Shown: one piece after another, positions 1 through 8,026 of the stretch
Layout of the letters: each line of letters starts with the position of its first letter
Position numbering within the stretch: the first letter of the stretch is position 1
DNA from: a virus
Virus record (IMG/VR): IMGVR_UViG_3300005337_000019
Coordinates: 1 to 64,000 of that record
Strand: one strand, 5' to 3'
DNA: 64,000 bases
Notes under the pieces: generated by a model
The model's input: only the letters and a program-made list of their open reading frames with translations
Databases searched by the model: none
What the model was told of the DNA's origin: nothing
Position numbers and translations under genes: made by a program

Positions 1-813
1 CCTACACTGCGTCCGTACTATGACGACGGGGCCGTGCAGATTTTCCACGGAGACTGCCGCGAGGTGATTCCTCAACTCGCTCCGCAGACGGTCGACCTGC
101 TGCTCACCGACCCGCCGTACGGTCAGCAGTTTCAGGGTCAGGCGCTCATCACCGCGAAGGCGAACATTCGCGCGGACGGTGCGCGCCAGGGCATGCGACT
201 CGTGCGGCAGATGCTCTTCGTGATCGTCGAAGAGGGCCGCGTCATGAAGCCCGACGCACACGCATATATGTTCTGTCATTGGGAGTCGTGGCCCGACTTC
301 TACGACGCCGCGAGCAGCTACATGAAGATTCAGAACGCGCTTGTGTGGTTCAAGAACCGCGGCGGCAGCGGAGACACCGAGTACGAGTACGCGCGCGATT
401 ACGAGGTGATCCTCTACGGCCTGACGGGGCGCGGCCGTCCGCTCGCAGGGCGACGCGACGGCGCGGTCATCGCCGGCATCCCGCCGGTGCTCGGTGATCG
501 GCTCCACCCGACCGAGAAGCCGGAGAAGCTGTTCCGGTATCTGATCGAGAAATCGTGTCCCGCCGGCGGCGTGGTGCTCGACCCGTTCGGTGGGGCAATG
601 CCCGCCGCGCGCGCGGCGAAGGCGAGCGGCCGTCGCGCGATCGTGATCGAGATCGAGGAGCGGTACTGCGAGATTGGCGCTGAGCTCATGCGCCAGACGC
701 CGCTCTTCACGCCGGCGCCGATCGCACCGCCGGCGGTGCAGATGGAGGGCGGCCTGTTCGGCGGCATGCCGGAGATCGCGCCCGATCCCGAGGAGGAGGC
801 GATCGTCGAATGA
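1..813 (+). CDS. Site-specific DNA methyltransferase (N6-A/N4-C, beta class), 5' end outside window
   Basis: LTDPPY catalytic motif, HPTEKP, VLDPFGG SAM-binding motif; frame 1 is open from base 1 (PTLRPYYDDGAVQIFHGDC). Confidence 0.9.
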   Translation, partial: PTLRPYYDDGAVQIFHGDCREVIPQLAPQTVDLLLTDPPYGQQFQGQALITAKANIRADGARQGMRLVRQMLFVIVEEGRVMKPDAHAYMFCHWESWPDFYDAASSYMKIQNALVWFKNRGGSGDTEYEYARDYEVILYGLTGRGRPLAGRRDGAVIAGIPPVLGDRLHPTEKPEKLFRYLIEKSCPAGGVVLDPFGGAMPAARAAKASGRRAIVIEIEERYCEIGAELMRQTPLFTPAPIAPPAVQMEGGLFGGMPEIAPDPEEEAIVE

Positions 814-1340
814 GCACCGCGTGGCACGAGTTCAAAGGCGGTGGGCTCTGGTGCGACGTGCGCGGGTGCGGGCAGCCACGCGGCGCCGCCGTTCATCAGA
901 AGTCGGTGCCGGCGCCACCGTCGACGGAGACCGCGCGGCCACACCGCTACGTCGCCAACCCGCCGTGCTGCACGTTCCCCTTCGACGCAACGGTGCATCT
1001 CGAGACGCGGTACGACCACGCGCCAGGTGCGCACACGATCGATGAGGCGTACGAAGAGTTTCACCGGAACAATCCGCGCGTGTTCGACGAGCTCGTAAAG
1101 CTGGCGCGCGAGGCGCGCGAAGCCGGCGCAACGCATTACGGAATCGCCGCGCTGTTCGAAGTGCTCCGGTGGCACCGCCTGAAGAGCGGCGAGGTGATCC
1201 CCGATGACGACGGCTTCAAACTGAACAACAATCTCCGGGCGGTCTACGCCCGAAAGATCATGGAGCAACATCTGGAGCTCGCCGGATTTTTCCGGACCCG
1301 AGCTCGAGCAGGAGAGGAGACGACAGAGAGCAATGGATAA
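810..1340 (+). CDS. Hypothetical phage protein
   Basis: ATGA overlap with upstream gene; FHRNNPRVF...FEVLRW...FKLNNN segment resembles common phage proteins. Confidence 0.7.
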   Translation: MSTAWHEFKGGGLWCDVRGCGQPRGAAVHQKSVPAPPSTETARPHRYVANPPCCTFPFDATVHLETRYDHAPGAHTIDEAYEEFHRNNPRVFDELVKLAREAREAGATHYGIAALFEVLRWHRLKSGEVIPDDDGFKLNNNLRAVYARKIMEQHLELAGFFRTRARAGEETTESNG

Positions 1341-1956
1341 CAGAAAGTTGATGGGCATCATCCGCGCCCTGGTCGGCGACGAAGAGTGTTACGAGACCGT
1401 CGCGCGCGGTCGCGACAGCATGGTGTCAGCACACTGCACGAACATCGTGACGCATGTCGGTACGAGCGGCGACGCGCGCTGCGCCGAGCACTTGGCGCAT
1501 TTCACGGAACAGGGCGAGGAGTATGTGTCGATCGTCGACGAGTGCGCGACACGGGATGGCGCCACACGTCAACTCGTCTACCTCGCATGTCCCTACTCCC
1601 ATCCGGACCGCGCTGTCCGCGCGGAGCGGTTCAACGCCGCAAACAAGGCCGCCGGCGTTCTCATGTCCCACGGCTTCTTCGCGTTCTCGCCCATCTCGCA
1701 CACCCATCCGATCGCCGAGGAATGCGAGCTTCCGAAAGGGTGGGACTTCTGGCAAGCCTTCGACCGCGCATATCTCGCGAACACGCGAATGCTGGTCGTG
1801 CTCTGCATCGACGGATGGCGTGAGAGCACAGGGGTCACGGCGGAGATCGCGATCGCGAAGGAGCTCGGCATTCCGATCACCTACATGCTGAGCACGGACG
1901 GCCTGATGACCGACGAGGAGCCGTCCGCGATTCTGACCGCAGCCGGTTCGTCATAG
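1333..1956 (+). CDS. DUF1937 family protein (nucleoside deoxyribosyltransferase-like fold)
   Basis: YLACPYSHPD, FSPISHTHPIA, GWRESTGVTAEIAIAKELGIP motifs. Confidence 0.8.
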   Translation: MDNRKLMGIIRALVGDEECYETVARGRDSMVSAHCTNIVTHVGTSGDARCAEHLAHFTEQGEEYVSIVDECATRDGATRQLVYLACPYSHPDRAVRAERFNAANKAAGVLMSHGFFAFSPISHTHPIAEECELPKGWDFWQAFDRAYLANTRMLVVLCIDGWRESTGVTAEIAIAKELGIPITYMLSTDGLMTDEEPSAILTAAGSS

Positions 1957-1964
1957 TGTAGAAT
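1946..1964 (+). promoter_or_regulatory. Class-2 promoter motif (TTCG box + TAGAAT -10)
   Basis: gttcgtcatagtgtagaat; related 19-mers at 7391, 15259, 16169, 27699. Confidence 0.6.
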
Positions 1965-1971
1965 GCGCGCC

Positions 1972-2442
1972 ATGGAAGAAACCGACACGAAGCCCACCCG
2001 ATTCAACCGCATGCGCGTAGCGGCCCTTTGCATCGTGGGCACGCTGCTGATCGGCGCACTTTGCTATGGCGCCTACCGGTTCATTGGCGTGCCGATCGTT
2101 CATGCCGTCGCCTACGCATGGCGCGCGATCACGACACTTTTCGGGACGGCGGACCCCAATCTGCGGCTGATCGTCGTCGTCGTTCTGATTCTCGGCATCG
2201 TGTTCGCCGCATCCCGCCGATCGGGTGGCGCATCGACCGACGAACCGCAGCAAAGTCCCGAGGCCTTCATGCTTCACGTCGTGGGAGAAAACTTCCGGCC
2301 GACGAGCATCATTCAAGTGAACATGTCGCCGGTCGCAACGACATTCGTCGCGCCGACGCATCTGACCGCGTACATCAGGCGCGAGATGATCATCAGCAAT
2401 CGCGATGGCGTACCGTCGATGATCATCAGCGTCAAGCGATAG
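1972..2442 (+). CDS. Membrane protein
   Basis: 2-3 hydrophobic segments; ATG 7 nt after TAGAAT, so probably leaderless. Confidence 0.6.
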   Translation: MEETDTKPTRFNRMRVAALCIVGTLLIGALCYGAYRFIGVPIVHAVAYAWRAITTLFGTADPNLRLIVVVVLILGIVFAASRRSGGASTDEPQQSPEAFMLHVVGENFRPTSIIQVNMSPVATTFVAPTHLTAYIRREMIISNRDGVPSMIISVKR

Positions 2443-2516
2443 CACCCATCGAACAAGTCGGCCCGACCGGCGATGACCGCCGGCGCGCCGCAAAAATGAA
2501 AGGAGACGAACCCCGA

Positions 2517-3110
2517 ATGAACGACCCTAAGCAGATACCCCCTCCGGATACTCCACCCGACACGCAGCCAGGTAATGGCGCCATCCGCACGCCCGATACC
2601 CCGCCACCCGGCGACGCCGATCAGCAGTCCACCGGCGGCGAGAAGGCCGAGGGCGCCGAGCCCGGACCTGAGCCGCAGACGGAAGCCGATGTCGAACTGC
2701 AGACGCAGGTGATCGACCCGGCCGACATCAAAGAGCGCGAGACGCCGGACGCGATCTCCCACACCGTTCCGCTCGACGTGGCAACGCTCGACGACTTCGC
2801 CGATCACGTCGGCGACGACTTCGCGCCCGTCGTCCGCCGCTTCCTGAATCAGCATCCCGGCGTACGGCCCATGATCACGGTGGCCGTCCACGCGCAGGAT
2901 GCGATCGGACACGCACACGACTTCGACGCCGAGAAGAAGCTGGCGCTGGAAGCGGTGAACGAGCTGACGCGTCTCACCACGCACGTTCGCAACCGTTTCC
3001 CGAATTCCGCCGGCGGCAACATCGTCGACACCGTGATTCACCTGCTCGCGCAGGGGCACCCGCAGTCGGCCGCCGATGCCGGCCTCGCAGCGGCCAACGC
3101 TGGCCGGTAG
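2517..3110 (+). CDS. Hypothetical protein with Pro/acidic disordered N-terminus
   Basis: AGGAG upstream of ATG (MNDPKQ); C-terminal part of the 2028-3110 ORF. Confidence 0.6.
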   Translation: MNDPKQIPPPDTPPDTQPGNGAIRTPDTPPPGDADQQSTGGEKAEGAEPGPEPQTEADVELQTQVIDPADIKERETPDAISHTVPLDVATLDDFADHVGDDFAPVVRRFLNQHPGVRPMITVAVHAQDAIGHAHDFDAEKKLALEAVNELTRLTTHVRNRFPNSAGGNIVDTVIHLLAQGHPQSAADAGLAAANAGR

Positions 3111-3134
3111 AATTCGCAACGCAAAGGAGGATCG

Positions 3135-3596
3135 ATGCGTCTCTCTCGCAATCTCGCATTTCTGCTCATGGTGCTCGTGGCTCTGCCGCTCTTCGCGTGG
3201 ACCACTGAGCCGGTCATCCCGAACGTCAGCTTCACCGCCGCCGGCGACGCCAACGTGACCGGCGTCGTCGTGACCGACTACTCGTACGCAACGGGCAGCG
3301 GCAACGTCATGCACATTTCCGTTTCGATGACGGGCAATCTCTCCGAAGCCGCGCCTGAGCTCTACGTGAACATTCCCGGCGCCATGCGGTCTAACAGATC
3401 GCACCGCAGCGGCGGCGTGAATCTCACGGTCGGCAACGCGCGACCCGATGCCGAATGGTCGACCGCCGGGACGCAGATCGTGATCAAGCGCCGCGATGGA
3501 CAGCAGATCACGGCCGGTCCGGTTTCGGTCGACTTCGTCATCGCCATCGACGCAAGCCCACGCTCATCCACACCGCCTACCGATACCGATCTGTAG
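3135..3596 (+). CDS. Secreted beta-rich protein resembling a fibre C-terminal domain
   Basis: AGGAGG RBS; signal peptide MRLSRNLAFLLMVLVALPLFA. Confidence 0.65.
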   Translation: MRLSRNLAFLLMVLVALPLFAWTTEPVIPNVSFTAAGDANVTGVVVTDYSYATGSGNVMHISVSMTGNLSEAAPELYVNIPGAMRSNRSHRSGGVNLTVGNARPDAEWSTAGTQIVIKRRDGQQITAGPVSVDFVIAIDASPRSSTPPTDTDL

Positions 3597-3628
3597 CCGC
3601 GCCACGCCACCCTTCCCCAACTGCCACG

Positions 3629-3664
3629 ACAGGGCGCCTCGCAAGGGGCGCCCTGTTCGTTTTT
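3629..3664 (+). terminator. Intrinsic terminator
   Basis: acagggcgcctc-gcaa-ggggcgccctgt hairpin followed by T-tract. Confidence 0.75.
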
Positions 3665-3684
3665 CCACTTGATTTTTTCCGGCA

Positions 3685-3717
3685 ACTTGCGAAGTCCCAT
3701 GCGGTTTGTGCGACTCT
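3685..3717 (+). promoter_or_regulatory. Class-3 (putative late) promoter motif
   Basis: acttgcgaagtc...ttgtgcgactct; same motif and spacing at 32938 and 44561. Confidence 0.65.
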
Positions 3718-3773
3718 CCTGAAAACGGCCCCGGTCAAATCGGTCCCGCGGCCAACAATCGAGGAGGTTCGCA

Positions 3774-4775
3774 ATGCGTCGTTTCCCGACTCTCGGATTC
3801 GTTCTCGCCGTGCTGTGCATGGCCCTTTCGGTGGAGACCGCCCGCGCGGGCGATGTCTCGCCGGGCAAGCTGTTCTACGCGAAGAAGACCGCCGCCTACG
3901 GCAACACCACGCCGGGATCTCACTGGCGCTCGGAGATTGCCTTCGCAGCTCCTCTCGACGCCTCGGTGTCGTTCAGCCTCACGGGATGTGTCCGCGTCGG
4001 ACCGAGCCCGTGCGAAGGGCTTCAGATCGCCAAGGGTGGAGCTCGAGTCTTCGGAGCCGATTTCGTCACGCAGAACTTCAACGGTCCCACCATCGGTGTG
4101 GTCGACGTTCCGGTTGGCCTGTGGTCCGCGAGCTCGTTCCTCGAGTTCAACGACGGCACGACCGACATCGCATTCACCGCGCCGCAGATGCGCTGGGTGC
4201 TCGACAACAAACTGGACGACTACCGCGCCGCGACTGCCGCGCGTACGGGCGAGAAATCGACGTGCGCGACGTTTTTCAACGACAGCACGCAGCCGACCGC
4301 CGTGCAGATCATCAGCTATGGCGCTGACGGCCAACGCGCAAAGACTGTGGACGGCAACACCCCGCCGATCGATGTCTACGTCATCCCGGCCAACTCCGCA
4401 GCGCAGGGGTGCCTCGCTGACTGGTACACGCCGGACGGGAAGGAGCTCATCGCGAAAGGAGCGACCTTCGATGCCGGCAGTGTGCGCCTTTCGTTCGGTT
4501 GCGCTGGCGTCGGCCCGTGCCCGGCGCCGCAGCGAACGTGGTTCCTCGTCACGAAGGGGCCGCTCTCGGGTAAAGGCGCGACCGTCGAAACGCTTCCCGT
4601 TCAGAACGTCGGACCGGTGGAAGCGACCACCGCGAGCGTCGTGGCCCAGGCCGCCGCCGGCGCCGACTACCGCGACGCGTTAGTTCGTGTGCACGGCGAT
4701 CCGTCGCCGCAGATGGCGGCCGCCATCGCGGAACACAACGCCATCGTGCGACGGATGCGCAGCGGGGCGGAGTAG
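3774..4775 (+). CDS. Secreted Cys-containing hypothetical protein
   Basis: GAGGAGG RBS, signal peptide, paired cysteines. Confidence 0.7.
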   Translation: MRRFPTLGFVLAVLCMALSVETARAGDVSPGKLFYAKKTAAYGNTTPGSHWRSEIAFAAPLDASVSFSLTGCVRVGPSPCEGLQIAKGGARVFGADFVTQNFNGPTIGVVDVPVGLWSASSFLEFNDGTTDIAFTAPQMRWVLDNKLDDYRAATAARTGEKSTCATFFNDSTQPTAVQIISYGADGQRAKTVDGNTPPIDVYVIPANSAAQGCLADWYTPDGKELIAKGATFDAGSVRLSFGCAGVGPCPAPQRTWFLVTKGPLSGKGATVETLPVQNVGPVEATTASVVAQAAAGADYRDALVRVHGDPSPQMAAAIAEHNAIVRRMRSGAE

Positions 4776-4920
4776 CCGGCTACGGGAGCGAATGTGGATG
4801 ACCGCATCCGCCGCATTTACCGGACTCTCCGTGGTGACCGCGGGCGACTGCAGCACAACGTGCTCGCCGCCATGGTCGCCCGCGGGGCCCGCGGTGCGGC
4901 GGATGTAGCCGAGGCAACGG

Positions 4921-5364
4921 ATGGCGACGAAGAAGAAGGAGCCGAAGAAGACAGCACCCCCGCGCCGCAAGGGCAGCGGTGAGGACCGCTACCCGCGCCA
5001 GGAGAAGGGACGCTTCGGCAAATCCACCCCCGACCATCCGAACCCCGGAAAACCGATCGGAGCGACGAACTGGTCGAACCGCAAGATCGCGGAAATCGCG
5101 CGTGATTACCTCGACCGCGGCGGCGATGACGCGATTCGGTTCCTGCTCACGCAGCGCAAGAACCCGGCTGTTCTTCTCGCGACCGTCGAGTTTTTGACCG
5201 AACGCGCGGACGGCAAGGCGCCGCAAGTCGTCAAGCACGGGCTCGATCCGGAATCGCCGGAGGGAATGATCCTGGCGATGTGCGGCCAGGCGCTTCCGGG
5301 ACAAGCCGGCAACAGCAACGAAAGCAATGGCAGTGGCAGCGACGAAAAAACAAAAAGGCCGTGA
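4921..5364 (+). CDS. Putative terminase small subunit
   Basis: KGRFGK..PNPGKPIGATN N-terminal motif, ERADGKAPQ; lies upstream of large terminase. Confidence 0.6.
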   Translation: MATKKKEPKKTAPPRRKGSGEDRYPRQEKGRFGKSTPDHPNPGKPIGATNWSNRKIAEIARDYLDRGGDDAIRFLLTQRKNPAVLLATVEFLTERADGKAPQVVKHGLDPESPEGMILAMCGQALPGQAGNSNESNGSGSDEKTKRP

Positions 5365-5375
5365 GGGAGGGAGAC

Positions 5376-5762
5376 ATGCAGCATCGCCGCGCAACTGACA
5401 CCGCCGAATTCCCCGGAATCGAGCACGAGCGAGACAGCGACACCGCACAGGTAGCACGACACATCCTCGGCATGCCGCTGAACGCGCTCATCGCGATCGG
5501 ATCGCTGATCGTGGCGCTGTTCGGCGTGTGGCTCGCGCAGGACCGCGCGATCGCCGCCGAGACGTTGAAGCAACAGCAAACTGAGGAGCGCGTTCGAAAG
5601 CTCGAGCAGAAAGACGAGAAACGTTCCGACGCGGACGGCGACCTGAAGGCCGCGCTGACGCGCATCGAGGGGTCCGTGAACGCCCTGAACGACACGGTGA
5701 AGGACGTGAAGGAACGCGTCGTCCGTATCGAGGATCACCAGCAGCAGGGCGGCGGAAAGTGA
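5376..5762 (+). CDS. Single-TM coiled-coil protein (possible holin/spanin-like)
   Basis: GGAGGGAG RBS; one TM helix followed by a coiled coil. Confidence 0.55.
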   Translation: MQHRRATDTAEFPGIEHERDSDTAQVARHILGMPLNALIAIGSLIVALFGVWLAQDRAIAAETLKQQQTEERVRKLEQKDEKRSDADGDLKAALTRIEGSVNALNDTVKDVKERVVRIEDHQQQGGGK

Positions 5763-5813
5763 TGAGGGGGTAGAGCGCGGCCCGACCCGCGCGACGGCAG
5801 GGCCGCCGGCGCA

Positions 5814-7391
5814 ATGGATTTATCCGTCCGCACGCTCATCGGGCAGAAGCTCGAGACCTGGTATCACGATCCCGTAGCGATGTGCTACGACGTGCTGCCG
5901 AGGGAAGAGCGTCCGCGCCCGCAGCAGCAGGAAATCCTGCATGCGATTTGGGCGAACGATGCCGTGCTCTGCGCCGCGCATCGCGGCTGGGGCAAGTCGC
6001 GCACCGAGGCATACGCCGGCATCTGCTTTCTGCCCACGCACGCCAACTCTCTTCTCTTCACGATCGCGCCGACGTGGGAACAAGTCCTCAAGGGCGTGTG
6101 GATCGACATCCGGCACCTGTGGGCCGTGTCGAAGCTGCCGAGCATCTTCCCGCAATGGCGCGTGATGACGCACGAGATCGTGACGCACCCGCTCACACCG
6201 AAATGGCGGGGCGTCGGTGTCGCTGCCTCGGAAGTGCAGAACGTCGAAGGTCAGCATCCGGCGGCGGGACGCCCTGCGATGGTACTCGCCGACGAGTGCA
6301 AAGCGATCGGCGACGAATTCCGCGAGTCCGTCAAGGGCATGCTCAAACACCCGGAGTCGCGTTTCGTGGGCATCGGTACGCCTGGCATTCCGTTCGGCTG
6401 GTTCTACGAAGGCTTCACGTCGAAGCGGCGCAACTACAAGACGTTTCAATTCCGCGGCGATCAGTCGCCGGATCCCGAGATCAGAGCGCACGTAGAGAAA
6501 ATCGGGAACGAGGTGGGATGGGACGATCCATTCTTCCGGCAGCAGTGGCTCGCGGAATTCACCGGCGCCGACGAGGGCGTCATCATCCCGCTCAAGATCG
6601 TGCAGCCGGCCATCGGCCGGAAGTTCGCGTACTCGTCCACCTGGCGCAAGATCATGAGCGTCGATCCCGCCGGCAAGGGCGCGGATCACACGGTGGTGAC
6701 GTATCGATACGGCCCCGTCACGATCAAACAGAAGGCGTGGCAGGGCTGGGACATCATCAAGAGCGAGCGCGAGGTGATCGCGCTGATTCTGGAGTGGCGT
6801 CCCGAGCGCGTTGTTATCGACGAGACGGGACTCGGCGAAGGCATCGTGTCGCACGTGCGCGACGCTCTACAGGGCAGCGGAATCGAAGTCGTGGCGTACC
6901 GCAGCGGCGATCGACCGCGCGATCGCGAACGCTATGAGAACCGCAAAGCCGAAGACGTATACGCGCTGCGCGAGAAGTACAGAGAGGGCGCGAAGGAGAT
7001 CGAGAAGGCGCATGCCGAGCTGCGCGCTCGACTCGCCCACCTGCGCCTGCAGGACGACGTGGTCACGAAAACATTCGACTACATTCATCGCCTGACGTAC
7101 GGAAACTATTCGGCCGAGCAGATCGCGGCGGTTCGTCCGGGATCACCCGCGGCGATGGCGCTCGCCGACGAGATCGCAAAGAAGCTGACGGTCGGCATCG
7201 GCATCAGCGTGCCGAACGAGCCGAACCTGGTCGGTCAGACATGCTCGTGGACGGCGACACGATCAAAGGCGAGCCGCACGATGGTGGTCGATCCGAAGGA
7301 CTCACCGGATTACGCCGACAGCGACATGATGGCGTACGCGGTCGACACGATCGGCTCCTCGCTCAAGGGCACTGACCTGAGCCTGCTCTGA
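5814..7391 (+). CDS. Terminase large subunit
   Basis: Walker A HRGWGKS, Walker B VLADE, GTP coupling motif, nuclease SVDPA..G.D, IDETGLGEG, SPDYAD. Confidence 0.92.
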   Translation: MDLSVRTLIGQKLETWYHDPVAMCYDVLPREERPRPQQQEILHAIWANDAVLCAAHRGWGKSRTEAYAGICFLPTHANSLLFTIAPTWEQVLKGVWIDIRHLWAVSKLPSIFPQWRVMTHEIVTHPLTPKWRGVGVAASEVQNVEGQHPAAGRPAMVLADECKAIGDEFRESVKGMLKHPESRFVGIGTPGIPFGWFYEGFTSKRRNYKTFQFRGDQSPDPEIRAHVEKIGNEVGWDDPFFRQQWLAEFTGADEGVIIPLKIVQPAIGRKFAYSSTWRKIMSVDPAGKGADHTVVTYRYGPVTIKQKAWQGWDIIKSEREVIALILEWRPERVVIDETGLGEGIVSHVRDALQGSGIEVVAYRSGDRPRDRERYENRKAEDVYALREKYREGAKEIEKAHAELRARLAHLRLQDDVVTKTFDYIHRLTYGNYSAEQIAAVRPGSPAAMALADEIAKKLTVGIGISVPNEPNLVGQTCSWTATRSKASRTMVVDPKDSPDYADSDMMAYAVDTIGSSLKGTDLSLL

Positions 7392-7409
7392 TTCGGCGTC
7401 GTGTAGAAT
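7391..7409 (+). promoter_or_regulatory. Class-2 promoter motif
   Basis: attcggcgtcgtgtagaat. Confidence 0.55.
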
Positions 7410-7417
7410 GCGACCGA

Positions 7418-7506
7418 GTCAGCGCGGTCCATGGTGTCGGAGGAGACCTCCGGACTGGCGCTCTTCGGGCACGTCGGAATGCCACATGAAACAGCGCCGC
7501 GCTGAC
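7418..7506 (+). ncRNA. Structured leader RNA or small ncRNA of unknown class
   Basis: 10-bp closing stem gtcagcgcgg/ccgcgctgac enclosing two hairpins, directly after a -10 box. Confidence 0.45.
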
Positions 7507-7528
7507 ATCATTCGATTGAGGTGAACTG

Positions 7529-7777
7529 ATGGAGCAGACCTTTCAGGAACGAATCGAGAAGAAGCCGGACGGCACGCCGCGCCACCCTTCGACCACCGCC
7601 GTGCTGCGGCACTTCAAGTTCGACCATCTGCCGGCACATCTTCAGGCCGTGAGCGAGCCGTGTTCGCGCCTGGCGTTCAAGATGGCGGACGAGCTTCCGG
7701 AGGGACCGGACCTGACGTGCGGTCTGCGCGACCTGCTTACGGCGAAAGACAACTTCGTCCGGTCGCTGGTCAAGTAG
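7529..7777 (+). CDS. Small helical-hairpin phage protein (possible signal-nucleotide sponge)
   Basis: GAGGTG RBS; FDHLPAHLQAVS...LPEGPDLTCGLRDLLTAKDNFVR pattern. Confidence 0.75.
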   Translation: MEQTFQERIEKKPDGTPRHPSTTAVLRHFKFDHLPAHLQAVSEPCSRLAFKMADELPEGPDLTCGLRDLLTAKDNFVRSLVK

Positions 7778-7784
7778 AACGGTC

Positions 7785-7904
7785 GCCCGTGCGTCATCCG
7801 CCGCGGATTGATCACCGCCGGCGAGGTGCGCATTGCGCGGTTCGAATCCGCGCCGTCCCGCTCAGCGGGTCGTAGACGAATGGGTAAAGTCACGGGCCTG
7901 AAAA
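7785..7904 (+). ncRNA. Circularly permuted tRNA-Phe(GAA)-like RNA (YrlA-like topology)
   Basis: Order is anticodon 3' strand, expanded variable region, T-arm (GGTTCGAATCC), acceptor stem closed by a tca loop, D-arm, anticodon 5' strand, CTGAAAA. Confidence 0.7.
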
Positions 7905-7909
7905 GTACG

Positions 7910-7947
7910 CGCGAGCGGCGTCTCGATCGGATCGCCGCTCGCGTTTT
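7910..7947 (+). terminator. Intrinsic terminator
   Basis: cgcgagcggcg/cgccgctcgcg stem followed by tttt. Confidence 0.65.
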
Positions 7948-8026
7948 CTCGCGCCGTTTTGCTACCTTTCCCCTGTAGCAGACACCGGCAGGGCCGAGTA
8001 TCTGCGCATCTCCAAAGGAGCCGCGC

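Noticed and set aside
6988-7200. Intein in the terminase
   Set aside because: Lacks an N-terminal Cys/Ser block and a C-terminal His-Asn, and is too short.
7418-7506. Hammerhead ribozyme or known riboswitch
   Set aside because: No CUGAnGA core or riboswitch consensus that I can recognise; left as an unknown structured RNA.
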